From the NCBI GenBank assembly GCA_951406725.2, contig OX597818.1, positions 113,274,001 through 113,338,000 of the forward strand: 64,000 nt of DNA, read 5' to 3'. Source of the stretch: Octopus vulgaris (lineage: Eukaryota). Shown here piece after piece: positions 25,446 to 37,419 of this stretch. The notes beneath the pieces are model-generated. The model did not search any database and was not told where the DNA came from. It saw nothing but the letters and a program-made list of their open reading frames with translations. Position numbers and translations under genes: made by a program. Position 1 is the first letter of the stretch; each line of letters opens with the position of its first letter.

Positions 25446-26659
25446 GTGGTGGCCTTAAGAATGATAGTGATGATAGAAATAATAATAACAAATTAACGTG
25501 TGACCACGTAATTTTGTTCTGTCGAAATAACTTCAGGAAAGTCGTTCCCGAATGGAACAGAAACAAGGACCTGGAATCACTTTGCTGACAGTAATGCGAT
25601 TTATATGATAATCTTAGCTTATCATATTTACGAATATGGATTAATGAAATATTTGTATAAATATAATGTTTGACGGCAGTGCTGTGATGAAGGCAAGATA
25701 TCTCTGGAGCCAGAAAACGCAGGTATACTAGATGAGTAAATGAAAGTATAATAAATGATAATATAACGTGTATGACAGAGTCGACATGCCAGGAGCTCAT
25801 CACCATCCTAAGTGATTGCCCTTTGCAACGTACGTACAGCGTAGTTTAATCTTATATTACGTCTATTATTGGTTTTATCGATTTTGTTGAATTTTGTTTG
25901 ACAACTTTAAATAAGGATTTTCATCATAGCTCATACAATTTGCCAGTGGCAATATAATCTTGTTTCAAAGAACTCTAGGAAAAGGGGAATAGTCTTCAGG
26001 CATGAGATAGCATTAGAAACCATTTATAGTGGAGAGAGCTTTAAATAAAGGGAAAGTAGGTTCATAGAATATATTGATTATATCTATGCTTAGATTCGAA
26101 GTCCTGAGGAGTCACAGCGACCGAAGAGATGACAAATAGGATATTCTTCATATTGGTTCGAACGGCGTGGTTTGCAGCAGTTTTGTTTATTTCCCAGGAG
26201 AAAATGCTATTTTATAGGAAATAACTCCCATTTCATAACAGAAATTGAAATACCATCGAAAAGCATTTTTTTTATGGATATAGCATTTATATAGATTACT
26301 ATCATATCTTTACTAATATTCTTCATCATATCAATATATATATTCAAATAAGATACATAAATATGTTTCCATTTCGTTCCTAATAAAGTAAATGTGACCT
26401 ACAAGCCTGCGCATGCGTAGTGGAGCATTCTTCACTAATCGTATATATGACTGCTATATTGCTATCTCAATATTCATAAGATCTCATATTTAGATGGAGA
26501 GTATAGCTAAAGGTATGGATATCAATACTCTGGTGGTGCCATTTCACAGATTCTGATGTCATGAAATATCAGCGTGATAAGAAAGAGAACAGAATATAAA
26601 GAGTTATCAAAATTAAAAGATCGAACTCAAAAATTAATAGAAAGAAATTCTGAGGGCGC

Positions 26660-26989
26660 TTGTTGTCAATTACATCCAACTCCTGTTCCTCCGAGAACCT
26701 TATCTACGTTCTCATATGCGCTGGTTGCCAACATAATTATGTTGGACAAACGAGTCTCCCGTTACGTAAACGAGTAGCGGTGCATAAAGAACAAATAAAT
26801 CTCCCGGAATACCGACAAATTCCACTGAGTGACCACATAGACACATGCGCTAAAGACTTAAACCCCAAATTCTATATATTCCCCTTCTACCAATGTAAAG
26901 ACGGGATCACCACACAGGAGAGAATTAACAAGGAGAATCTCTTTATTGAAAAATTCCAAACACAACTTAATATGCAAACTCCTCGTTGA
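26660..26989 (+). mobile_element. PLE C-terminal GIY-YIG endonuclease (5'-truncated, frame intact)
   Basis: CSSENLIYVLICAGCQHNYVGQTSLPLRKRVAVH...LSDHIDTC...RINKENLFIEKFQTQLN: LIY/YVG motifs, CxxC, catalytic R and E, terminal LN. Confidence 0.9.
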
Positions 26990-27144
26990 TCTAACTTCCT
27001 TTTTCTACCTCATTCTTCATGGATGGACTAACACAAATATATAAGGATACCATGCATTCATCACTTCAAGCTAAAACTTATATTCTTTAAATATCATTTT
27101 TACTATTGTTGTTATTACTATCATTTTTATTATATATGATATAA

Positions 27145-27784
27145 CAATCTGAAATGTAATTATAAATTGGTCTATGCAAATTTATATAATTAGAAAATAA
27201 TATAAATAAAGTGTTAAAATCTGAAAATTAAGTTAACAAACAATTATATAAAAAAGATAATGCAAATGAAGCTAAAATGATAATTTTATAATTTGGGGTT
27301 TATTAGCAGCCTTTATTGCAGGGGAATTTGAGAAACAAAAATTGAAGAACTTAAAAGAGTTGTCTCCCCTTATTCACAACACAGGAACTGAAGAACCACA
27401 AGTACTACTACTTCCTGTTTGCCAACATCCTTAATTAAACCAAACAACACATGTTCTTAATCCCATTGGATCCTAATACCTCAAGGTAATTTTTTCGTGA
27501 ACAATCATTAAACTCAAGATACACAACGAACTCACAATGTATCGGAGGACTTATTTTTTCATTTTTGTACATATTTATTATTATTCTTTTGCAAAAAACA
27601 ATGCAACTTTCTTTTTTCCCCTTTCTCATTTTTAAAAAACTTTTTTTACCTAACTATTCTTGATAAGTCACATTTTGACGAAAACCGGTTTGAATAAATA
27701 TATATTTATATATTTTATCAATTTCTCATTTCATTAAAATTTTCTTTCAATTTAGCATTCTGCATTTTAAAAATTTTTCCTTGC
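27145..27784 (+). repeat. Penelope-type pseudo-LTR (pLTR), copy 1
   Basis: About 640-bp direct repeat of 28270-28860 plus 31561-31662, downstream of the GIY-YIG ORF; contains a hammerhead-like motif. Confidence 0.85.
27655..27696 (+). ncRNA. Minimal type-I hammerhead ribozyme-like motif (U3-A8 core variant)
   Basis: TATTC-TTGATAA-GTCA cattt TGAC-GAAA-ACCGGT-TT-GAATA: stem I, core, stem II, GAAA, palindromic stem III (AACCGGTT), UH site. Confidence 0.72.
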
Positions 27785-27830
27785 TTATCATTTCTCCACG
27801 TGCGGTCAACACAACCCCACCATTTATTGA

Positions 27831-27870
<40 letters not shown>

Positions 27871-27874
27871 TATA

Positions 27875-27911
<37 letters not shown>

Positions 27912-27913
<2 letters not shown>

Positions 27914-28109
27914 CGGAGATGTACACGCATAGCAAGTAATTTGATCTGAGATCGTGTGCTGAAACGAAAACAATTGCAGCGTGGAAGGTGTTTATAAGCC
28001 ATTTAAGAAACACACAAAAGCCGTTCGATTCACTCCAACATTTAAGTTTAATTTGTCAAAATATTTTTGTCGCTAAAATCCGCGACCTGTTCACTGACAA
28101 AGTCCGTGC

Positions 28110-28111
<2 letters not shown>
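27912..28111 (-). mobile_element. Short antisense PLE-type terminal fragment inserted in a (TA)n tract
   Basis: About 200-bp unique segment flanked on both sides by (TA)nTGCGTATACT(TA)n; carries a hammerhead-like fold on the minus strand. Confidence 0.6.
28052..28101 (-). ncRNA. Minimal type-I hammerhead ribozyme-like motif (G3-C8 variant; G12 mutated in this copy)
   Basis: Minus strand TTTGTCA-GTGAACA-G-GTCGC ggatttta GCGAC-AAAA-ATAT-TT-TGACAAA: 7-bp stem I, 5-bp stem II, palindromic AATATT stem III. Confidence 0.6.
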
Positions 28112-28161
<50 letters not shown>

Positions 28162-28165
28162 TATA

Positions 28166-28203
<38 letters not shown>

Positions 28204-28269
28204 AAGTTCCGTTGCTCTACTGGTATGGGAAGTGGGTCAGGGGCATTACTTATTGAACGCCCCTTGTAT

Positions 28270-28860
28270 CAATCTGAAATGTAATTATAAATTGGTTTAT
28301 GCAAATTTATATAATTAGAAGATAATATAAATAAAGTGTTAAAATCTGAATGTTAAGTTAGCAAACAATTATATAAAAAAGATAATGCAAATGAAGTTAA
28401 AATGATAATTTTATAATTTAAGGTTTATTAACACCCTTTATTACAAAAAATTGACAAACACAAATGGAAGAGCTTAAAAACCAAAAGAGTTGTTTCCCTT
28501 ATTCACAACACAGAAACTGGACTACTACTACTTCTTCCTGTTTTGCCATCCACTTAGAGACACCCTTAATTAAATTAAACAACACATGAATTTAATCCCA
28601 TTGGATCTCAATACTTCAAGGTAATTTTTTCGTGAACAATCATTAAAATCAAGATACACAAAGACTTTACAATGTATCGGAGTACCTATTTTTTAATTTT
28701 GTATATATTTATTATTATTTTTTTGTAAAAAACAATGTAATTTTCTTTTTTCCACCGCCTCACATTAAAAAAAAAATTTTTCTTTACAATTCTTGAAAAG
28801 TCACATTATGACGAAACCGGTTTAAATTAATATATATTAAATTAATATATAATATATATA
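28270..28860 (+). repeat. pLTR copy 2 (interrupted by a LINE; resumes at 31561-31662)
   Basis: Colinear with 27145-27700; the sequence following in copy 1 (TATATTTTATCAATTT...TTCAATTTAGCATTCTGC...TTCCTTGC) reappears right after the LINE tail. Confidence 0.85.
28788..28828 (+). ncRNA. Second U3-A8 hammerhead-like motif (stem I partly decayed)
   Basis: AATTC-TTGAAAA-GTCA catta TGAC-GAAA-CCGG-TT-TAAATT. Confidence 0.6.
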
Positions 28861-31560
28861 AGCCATATGGGCAAGTTTGAAGACTGCCTTATAAAAATAG
28901 AAGTTCTAGTCACACTAGAACAGCACATAAGTGTACTTCTCATGAGAGACTTCAACCTACCCAATGTCAGATGGCCCGAGGGCCTTTCTCTCCCAGGAAT
29001 GACACGAGGTGAACGGGGACAGGCGAGGTCCCTCCTGAACCTCATCAACACCCTGTACATGGAGCAAGTAATACTCCAACCAACCAGGGCAGGTAACACA
29101 CTGGACCTCTGCTTCACAAATAATATGGATCTCATCCATAATGTGAAAGTGACACCGACACTACTCTCGGATCACAACATGGTAGAGCTGACTATGTACG
29201 GGCCAAAGGAAAGCATGGACATGCAGCCTACAAGAAGCTCTCACAATCTTTCCAGCTTGAACTTCAATAAGGCAAACTGGAAACAAATTGAGAAAGAGAT
29301 CCTCAAACAAAACTGGCCTGAATGTCTCGCCTCGCTGGACATCGACATGAAACTTCAACAATTCATGTCTGTAATGCAAGCCATATGCTACAAATGTGTC
29401 CCAGAGAGAAAGACCACTGTACACAAGAACAAAATCCCCAGAGAGAGGAAAATTTAAATGAGACGGCGTACAAAAATTTCAAATCGCCTAAACAAACAAA
29501 TTGAAAGCAGTGAAAAGTCCCGCCTGAAAATAAAACTGTTGGAAATTGAAAAATGTCTGCAACTCTCCCATGAAAAGGAAAGAGCAGACAAAGAAGCCTG
29601 GGCTATAGACAACATAAAAACTAACCCCAGAGCTTTCTACAGGTATGCCAAAGAAACAGCTACGGTGCACTGTAGGATAGGGCCACTCCTTGAAAAGGAT
29701 GGCACACTCACAGAAAAACCAATGAGGGTAAGTGAAATACTGAATGAGCAATTCAAGAGTGTTTTCACTCTACCCCTTGGGCATTTCCAAATCAGCAATC
29801 CAACTGACTTCTTTACCACTGCAGATATAAAATCAGAGGTGGCGACGATAAATTACATCGATATAAAGGAAGACGATGCAATAAAGGCTATAGATGAAAT
29901 GAAAACAGACTCAGCTATTGGCCCCGATGGATTCCCGGCAGTCCTCCTAAAAGTATGTAAGAGAGTCCTAGCAAGACCACTGCAGTCCCTCTTTCAGAGC
30001 TTCCTTGCAGATGGCAAACTTCCAAGAAAACTGAAGGAAGGTAAAATATGCCCTATTCATAAAGGAGGTAGCAGAGCGGAGGCCAAGAACTACAGACCTA
30101 TCTCTCTCACCTCACACATCAGCAAGGTCATGGAACGAATAGTCAGAAGGAAACTAATCACCTTCCTTGAAGAAAATGACATGCTGCCTGACACCCAACA
30201 TGGTTTCCGACCAGGAAGAAGCTGCTTAACTCAACTCCTACAACACTATGACTGGGTGCTGAAACAACTGCTCAGCCACTCAAATGTGGAAGTCATATAT
30301 CTCGACTTTGCAAAGGCCTTTGATAAAGTCGATCACGGAATGATATGTCACAAACTGCGTGATCTTGGCATAGTTGGAAAATTGGGAGAATGGCTTCATG
30401 ACTTTCTGAAGAATAGAAGTCAGGTGGTAGCAGCCAATTAACACTTCCATTAACACGCAAATAGTGAGCGGTGTTCCGCAGGGCACTGTTTTGGGACCAC
30501 TACTGTTCATAATGGTCCTCTCAGACATGCCCTCAGCCACGCAGAGAGCCACGATCACAAGTTATGCAGATGATACAAAAGTTTCACAGGCAATACAGAA
30601 CCCTGAAGACACTAAGCACCTGCAATGTGAGCTGGACGAAATATACAAGTGGGCTGAAAAGAATAGCATGCAGTTCAATGCTGAAAAGTTTCAAGCTTTA
30701 TACTATCAGCATGCAAAACTGAATGCAATACCCAATGAATACACTGGACCCGGAGGGATTGCAATCCCAGAGGCACAATCAGTGCGTGACCTGGGTATTC
30801 ACATGAGTCATGACGCGACCTTTCATGTACATGTTGCTAAACTGACAATGAAATGTAGACGGCTGGCTGGATGGATTCTTAGAACCTTTAGAACAAGAGA
30901 ACAAGAAACCATGATGGTCCTCTGGAAGACACTTGTCCTAAGCCACTTTGACTATTGCCCTCAGCTATGGTCACCAACCAGTGTCAAGTTGATCACAGAA
31001 CTTGAGGCGATCCAACGAAGCTACACGAAGAAGATAGCCTCTGTGCAGCATATGAGCTACTGGGAAAGACTCAAGATATTAAAGCTCTATTCCCTGGAGC
31101 GTAGGCGAGAAAGATATGCCATAATATATATCTGGAAGATCCTGGAAGGACTTGTCCCAAACTTTGGCATCGAGAGTCACACAAATGCCAGAACCGGACG
31201 CCACTGCGTAGTACCAAGGACTCCAAATTTGCCATCAAGATGTAGGACAAGATACTGTGACAGCCTGGGCTTCAGAGGCCCACAGCTCTTCAATATCCTC
31301 CCGAAGAACCTGAGGGACCTGCATGGTGTAGATGAGGATGTCTTTAAAGTAGGACTGGATCTCTTCCTGTCAGGTGTCGCGGATAAACCAACTTCACGGC
31401 AGGAGGTGCAGATGAGGGCAGCTGCATCGAACTCTCTCATGCATCAGATGGCGTTTGCTAAAAAGCATCCGTGAGGTAAAATCGTGTAGCAAACCAAATG
31501 GCGGTGCCCCAGCATGGCCACAGCTCATTAGCTGAAACTAGAAAAATCAAAATCAAATCA
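28861..31560 (+). mobile_element. 5'-truncated CR1-group LINE (APE endonuclease C-half plus reverse transcriptase), inactivated
   Basis: APE motifs DFNLP, TRAGNTLDLCF, LSDH; RT motifs YRPISLTS, QHGFR, YLDFAKAFDKV, SGVPQGTVLGPLLF, YADD. One in-frame TAA at 29455-29457, one frameshift near 30440-30463, ORF end at 31474, short 3' UTR with stem-loop and AAATC repeats. Confidence 0.96.
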
Positions 31561-31660
31561 TATGTATATTTTATCAATTTTTCAAAAACTTTTTCCATAC
31601 ACCCATTTTCATTAAAATTTTTTTCAATTTAGCATTCTGCCTTTTTACAATTTTTCCTTG

Positions 31661-31717
<57 letters not shown>

Positions 31718-31747
31718 TACTTTATATATATATACACACTTATACAT

Positions 31748-31789
<42 letters not shown>

Positions 31790-31792
31790 CAT

Positions 31793-31859
<67 letters not shown>

Positions 31860-31861
31860 AT
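31661..31861. repeat. (TA)n-rich microsatellite
   Basis: Directly visible. Confidence 0.95.
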
Positions 31862-32422
31862 TCATAGAGCAATATATAAATTCATAGAATCCTGTGGCAA
31901 TCACAGAAAGCTTCGCTAGTGGAGCCGGCTACCATACCACAGAGTGACCCAATACGGAGGAGAATAATGTAAAGATCTATACAGTTGAAATCCAGGAGTT
32001 TATTAAATTATTTCATGTGGAGTATGTAGACCATAAAAAGCCTGGATGTATGACAGGTGAATATATTTGTTGAACAACTTGCCAACGGTAGAATTACGTC
32101 CGTCTTGAAGTCTTCATCATGAAATGATAATTTCAGTGTGCAATAAATCATTTTACATGTCTGCACCAATAAGCATGATGCATGTTACACAGTATAATCG
32201 TGCATTTTCAAATCAATGGAGATATAAAATGTTTTATCATTAGATCCCAAGAACATCGTAGTTTAATAAATACTTCAACTCAATGAGATCAAGAGCTCTG
32301 AAGCCGGAGCAACCATGGTGTTCTGGTGATCTGAAAAGCTAGTTTCTTTATCGGAATTGATTTGTAAATGTACAAATTTCCTTTATCACTTAATCAATAC
32401 GCAATGCCCCAAAATGGAAAAA

Positions 32423-32482
32423 ATATTCTGCATGAAATTCTCCAATTGCAAAGAGAATTACATTGGCGAAACCAACAATTGA
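32423..32482 (+). mobile_element. Very short GIY-YIG motif remnant
   Basis: IFCMKFSNCKENYIGETNN* resembles IY.I.C..C...YIGET of PLE endonucleases. Confidence 0.45.
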
Positions 32483-32834
32483 TCTCACTCAAACTTCATA
32501 CTGGTTAAAAAGGGATAAGCATCCCTCTGTTGCACATCCAGTAAAGTTACGTTGCCTAAAGAAAAGAATCCGTGAAGATTATCAACTCAATGTCCACGAG
32601 TACTACGGACTGTGATCTTCGGTGAAATGTGATTTGTGGAAACGCGCGTAGCGATGCATTAAATGTTCAGGAATTGCACCCAAGTATTATCATTATAATT
32701 TGATGAGCTCTCACAGCTTATTTTGCTGGGTATGATGGAAAGTGTCAGCTGCCCACAGCCAGCATACTAAGGTAGCACTTGTTTACTGAACATGCTTCAA
32801 AAACCCTACAAAGAATTCTTGCATTTCCAAGCAA

Positions 32835-33330
32835 TGTAACGCCCACGTATTTCTTCGTCGAAACCGTGTTTTTAGTGGGTATAGAATCCACGGAGGCTTC
32901 GTAAATGATGGTCTCGGACCATGTAGGGATAAAAAATTGTGCCCGCTAAATGGAACTTGCATGTCCGAGACCATCATTCACGAAACCACCGTGGACTCTA
33001 TACCCACTAAAGACACGGTTTCAACGAAGAAATACGTGGGCCTTACAGAGGGTAATTTCAAGGGCAGGTTCAGTAATAAAACCTTGGGCTTTAGGTACTG
33101 GGATAAAAGGAAAACGACCAAATTATATATGGTCATTAAAAGATAAAGGTGTCAGTTACAAAATCCATTGGAAGATCTTAGCCAAGTGTAAGCCCTACAC
33201 CAAAGGCAGTGGAAAGTGCGGTCTATGTGATATGGAAATATGGCTCAATTGGAAAAGTAGCTTAGACCCCGCTACATGTCTGAATTCAAGAACTGAACTT
33301 TTCGGCCATACCCATATGTGGCCGAATATA
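32835..33330 (+). mobile_element. PLE GIY-YIG remnant with inverted 5' duplication
   Basis: CRDKKLCPLNGTCMSETIIH...KYVGLTEGNFKGRFSNK then (frameshift) YIWSLKDKG..YKIHWKIL...CGLCDME...LNSRTE; 32835-32923 is an inverted copy of 32960-33047. Confidence 0.88.
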
Positions 33331-34192
33331 TGTCAGGTTTTTGGTCCCCGCGAAACTACAGATAGAACTTGCTTTCTATAATGTGTCCACACACAAGCTT
33401 TTTATCTCTATACTTTTTACTTATATTTCTTATATATTTTTATTTATATTTTTATACATATACTTCTTACATATTTATAGAGTTATTGGTTTATAGGTTT
33501 ATTGCTTATATATTCTTTACACAACATTTTCCTGTATTCGACCTTCCACCCTGCATTTTTCCCTGTGTGTATATAGACGTGTATATGGATTTTTTGTGCG
33601 CGTGTATGTGTGTGTGTGTACGTGTGTTTGTGCGTATATAGATGTGTGCATGTGTGCGTGCATGCGAGTATGTGCCTATATAGACGTGTTTTACTCAGTG
33701 TTATTACTTATTTTCCTGTATTTTTGCCTTTAACCCTGTTTTTTCTTGTGTATAAACGTATGTTTGATCTTTTTTGTGCGTGTGTGTGTGCGTATAAGAC
33801 GTGTGCGGGTATGTGCGTATATAGGCGTGTGTGTGTGCGGGCATACGGGTATGTGCGTATATAGACATGGCTTACTCTTTGTACACTCCCTTAGATGAAT
33901 GAATACTTTTAGGCGCATGCACTCGGGTGTGCGAGCGCGCATGGTTAGGTATGAACATGCGCACTTACACGAATACTATGAACTCTTTACCCCCTTACTG
34001 TTATTCTCTTCCGTCATTTAGCAGTCATTCAAATACCTCTTTTGTTTTATTAACGGTCAATCACAGAGTAATTTCCCTTTGTATAACGGTCATTTTCCAT
34101 AGCATTTTTCCGATGGCGGGAATAACTAGGAGTTTTATCTTGGCTACCGAATAACTGTCACATATTATATTTACACACACACACAGATGCAA

Positions 34193-34241
<49 letters not shown>

Positions 34242-34248
34242 TGCGTGT

Positions 34249-34660
34249 ATCTCTTATTATAAAAGGCAGATTTTATCTGCCTCCCTTTGGGAGTTATACA
34301 AATCTACAATATAGGATTTCTTCAATTACAATTTACCTAGCATTTTTAAGAGTACAATGCATCGCGTCATGCCAGGTCCAGTTTTTAAAATTTAAACTCC
34401 AATTAAGCAAAATTTACAGAAAACTCACATTCTGGTGTGTGTGTCAAATGCTTTTCTTAGTCTGGTTTACACCACACGCAAACGCACACACACAGTGGGC
34501 AACGAATAAAGTGAAACTAGATGTAATATTTGTTTCTGTCAATGACGCTGATAGATACATGAGTAAAATGTATGGGAAGCTAACACATAAGAGTGAGTGA
34601 AAATGTTCTTGGAAGAGAGTAAATTAGCGACAGAGAGTGATTTGAGGAGGACTTTACATT
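34249..34660 (+). mobile_element. Possible 3'-truncated non-autonomous Helitron-like element (second family)
   Basis: Begins A|TCTCTTATTATAAAA followed by hairpin AGGCAGAT-TTT-ATCTGCCT; no CTAG end found. Confidence 0.35.
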
Positions 34661-34711
34661 AAATAACCGTAGTGGCTTGTGTTAGTAATAAAGTAAACAT
34701 ACACTCATACG

Positions 34712-34817
34712 TACATACATACATACATACATACATACATACATACATACATACATACATACATACATACACACACATACATACACACACACACATACAT
34801 ACACACACATACATACA

Positions 34818-34849
<32 letters not shown>

Positions 34850-34873
34850 CACACACACACATACACACACACA
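34712..34873. repeat. (TACA)n/(CA)n microsatellite
   Basis: Directly visible. Confidence 0.95.
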
Positions 34874-35134
34874 CAGTATTGAAGCTTGAGAACAATCAGA
34901 TACATTTGCAACACATCTGTTGAAAATATTATTGTTCACACACATACATATACATATATACATACAGACAGACAGACAGATAGACACACACACACACACA
35001 CACACATGATCCAGCATGGCCACAACCTCAAGGCTGAAACATATAAAAGAATAACAGAATATAAATGTGTGCATGTGTGTGAGAGAGAGAGTGTGTGTGT
35101 ATATGTATGTATGTATGTATTTAGTGTATATATA

Positions 35135-35730
35135 TATAATAATGCGGTTTTTTCAACAGCTTGAACTAAAAGTCAGAGGGGAATGGGATAAACCACTTAT
35201 ATTAACTTGCTATAAAAGCAGGTAGTAATTTTATCTTGTCCTTATTCATAGTGCAAGTTTTGAAGAGTGCATTTCGATTTTAACAGCTATTTTTTTCAAA
35301 GCTATATTGGAAGTAACAAAGGAGCATATTTGGCATATTTTGCTTTATGAGTTCAATAAAGACAACAACGCAACGGAAAGTACAAGAAATATTAATGCAG
35401 TATATGGGGATTGGACAATAAGCGTAAGGCAGTGTCAATGGTGGTTCCAGAAATTCCGAGCCATAAACTACAGCCTAGAAGACGAGCCTCATCCTGAAAG
35501 ATCTGTAGAACTCGACAAGGACATCCTGAAAACCCTGGTGGAACAAAATCTCATCGTAACTGTTGAGGAACTAGCAGAGAAGCTTGGATTTGGTCATTCA
35601 ACCATTCATTGACACCTGTGTGCTATCGGAAAAGTCAGCAAATTGGGTCAATGGGTTCCTCACGAACTTTCCGAGTCTAATTGCATGCAGAGAGTGAATG
35701 TATGCTTTTCTTTGCTGTCACATCTCACCA
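35135..35730 (+). mobile_element. Mariner element 5' half
   Basis: KEHIWHILLYEFNK..NATESTRNINAVYG..TISVRQCQWWFQKFR...LEDEP...TVEELAEKLG..HSTIH*HL..IGKVSKLGQWVPHELS; ends just before the adjacent Helitron. Confidence 0.92.
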
Positions 35731-35747
35731 CTACTGCGCTATGTATA

Positions 35748-36373
35748 TCTATATATATAAAACTGTAGTTGTGTGAGTGTCTGTCCCCTTCGATTTAGAT
35801 TCCTAACTACTCCCACATTTTGTGGTGCAGTTTAACCAAATTCGGGTAGCTTATAGTCGTGATTCATATCGAGCCCGTCTGAGTATTAGCGCGCGTCTAC
35901 GATGAGTCTACGATTTTAAAAATAATTTAACATCATTTTTTATTCCATTTTAATGCATAATTTTTCGTGTGTCGATGGCAGCGGAGTTGGCGTCCACGCT
36001 CACACCTGCACCTGTGGGGAAGGGAGTGTAAGGAAATCAACGTCGTAATGCGTTGTCAAGGAGACCAGCGTTCTTTTAGAATAACGACTTCATGGCTTGA
36101 AGACACCAAAACAGAAATGGCTAAGAAAGCGTCTACATGAGTCTACGATTTAAAAAAAAAATTGCCATCGTTTTTTTTCCATTTTAATGCATTTTTTCGC
36201 TATTATATAAGGGAAGTAACTCTCTAAAAATGTCTACGATGAGTCAACGATTTTAAAAAAAATTTACCATCATATTATTTCCATTTTTAATGCATTTTTG
36301 GCTATAACTCTCTAAAAATGCTTATATAGTTATTTCCCTTACAAACCCGAGCAACGCCGGGCGATACTGCTAG
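35748..36373 (+). mobile_element. Non-autonomous Helitron-like element, copy 2
   Basis: A|TCTATATATATAAAACTGTAG ... CCCGAGCAACGCCGGG-CGATACTG-CTAG|T: TC/CTAG ends, A|T target, subterminal hairpin, no TSD. Confidence 0.87.
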
Positions 36374-36722
36374 TATATATATATATACATACATACACTA
36401 AACTGACACCTATTTTTTCCGTTCGTTCTTTCTTTCTCCTCTTCATTTTTACCCTCTCAAAGATAAGCCACTTATAACCATTCTTAACTAGGCTGTACAA
36501 CACAAATTTTGTTTTAGACACAGTTCAAGTATGCGATTTAGATGCTAAATCCACCCGAGCACTTGGAGCATAAACCTACTACATTACGTCATAAGACGCA
36601 ATTCTACGTGAACTCTATAAAAACGCATGTCTGTGTGTGCTTGAGTGTGTATGTGTGTGCGTAAGTATATTCATTATGCTTTTGAGATTTTGTTTATAAC
36701 TTTGTAAAAGTTCGGTTCGGTT

Positions 36723-36788
<66 letters not shown>

Positions 36789-37419
36789 TGTCGTCAGATA
36801 CCATCGTAATTCTGTAATTGCAACATGCTCAATGAGACGAATAAAAAAAAACAATTTGAATTGATTAAGCGAGGTTAGCGAGGCGTTTTTCGCCATTTAT
36901 AAATCCCTGGCAGTATTATATTAAGTTTAAAAATATATTTACCAAATTTATAATTCCTATAATGTTTGGAATTGATTGAAAATTACATTCCATTTTTAGT
37001 TCAAAAGTCTCAAGTGTAAGTTGCAATTTGATATGAAATTTTATTGGCTAATTCTTAGATGCTTTTCCAAACTTGAATTACTATGAAAATATATTGAATC
37101 TTCCTGCAGAGGTGTCTGCTAATAGCCACATATTACTGCATGATACAATTTGACATCTATGTATTATAAGGAGGGAGTGCAATTCGAATGTTATTTCACA
37201 CACTATGAAACTGTTGCAGCATCATTTTTGGAATCTGACACCAATGTTAGATTTGATTGCTGAACAACATCTCTGGGATATATTGTACATGGAAAGTGGG
37301 GCTCGAATAACATATTTTTACTTATCCGTATATGTGTTTCTGCAGATGCATACATAGATACATACATACATAGTTTTATGTACGTATGTATGTATTATGT
37401 AGACCAAGTCTGCATACAT

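Noticed and set aside
26101-26142. CTGAGGA-GTC-acagc-GAC-CGAAG hammerhead-like string
   Set aside because: No GAAA, stem III or UH site in the right register.
34105-34160. Possible decayed hammerhead downstream of the 32.9 kb PLE (CCGATGG-CGG...CCG-AATA)
   Set aside because: Too many core mismatches and no stem I; indistinguishable from chance.
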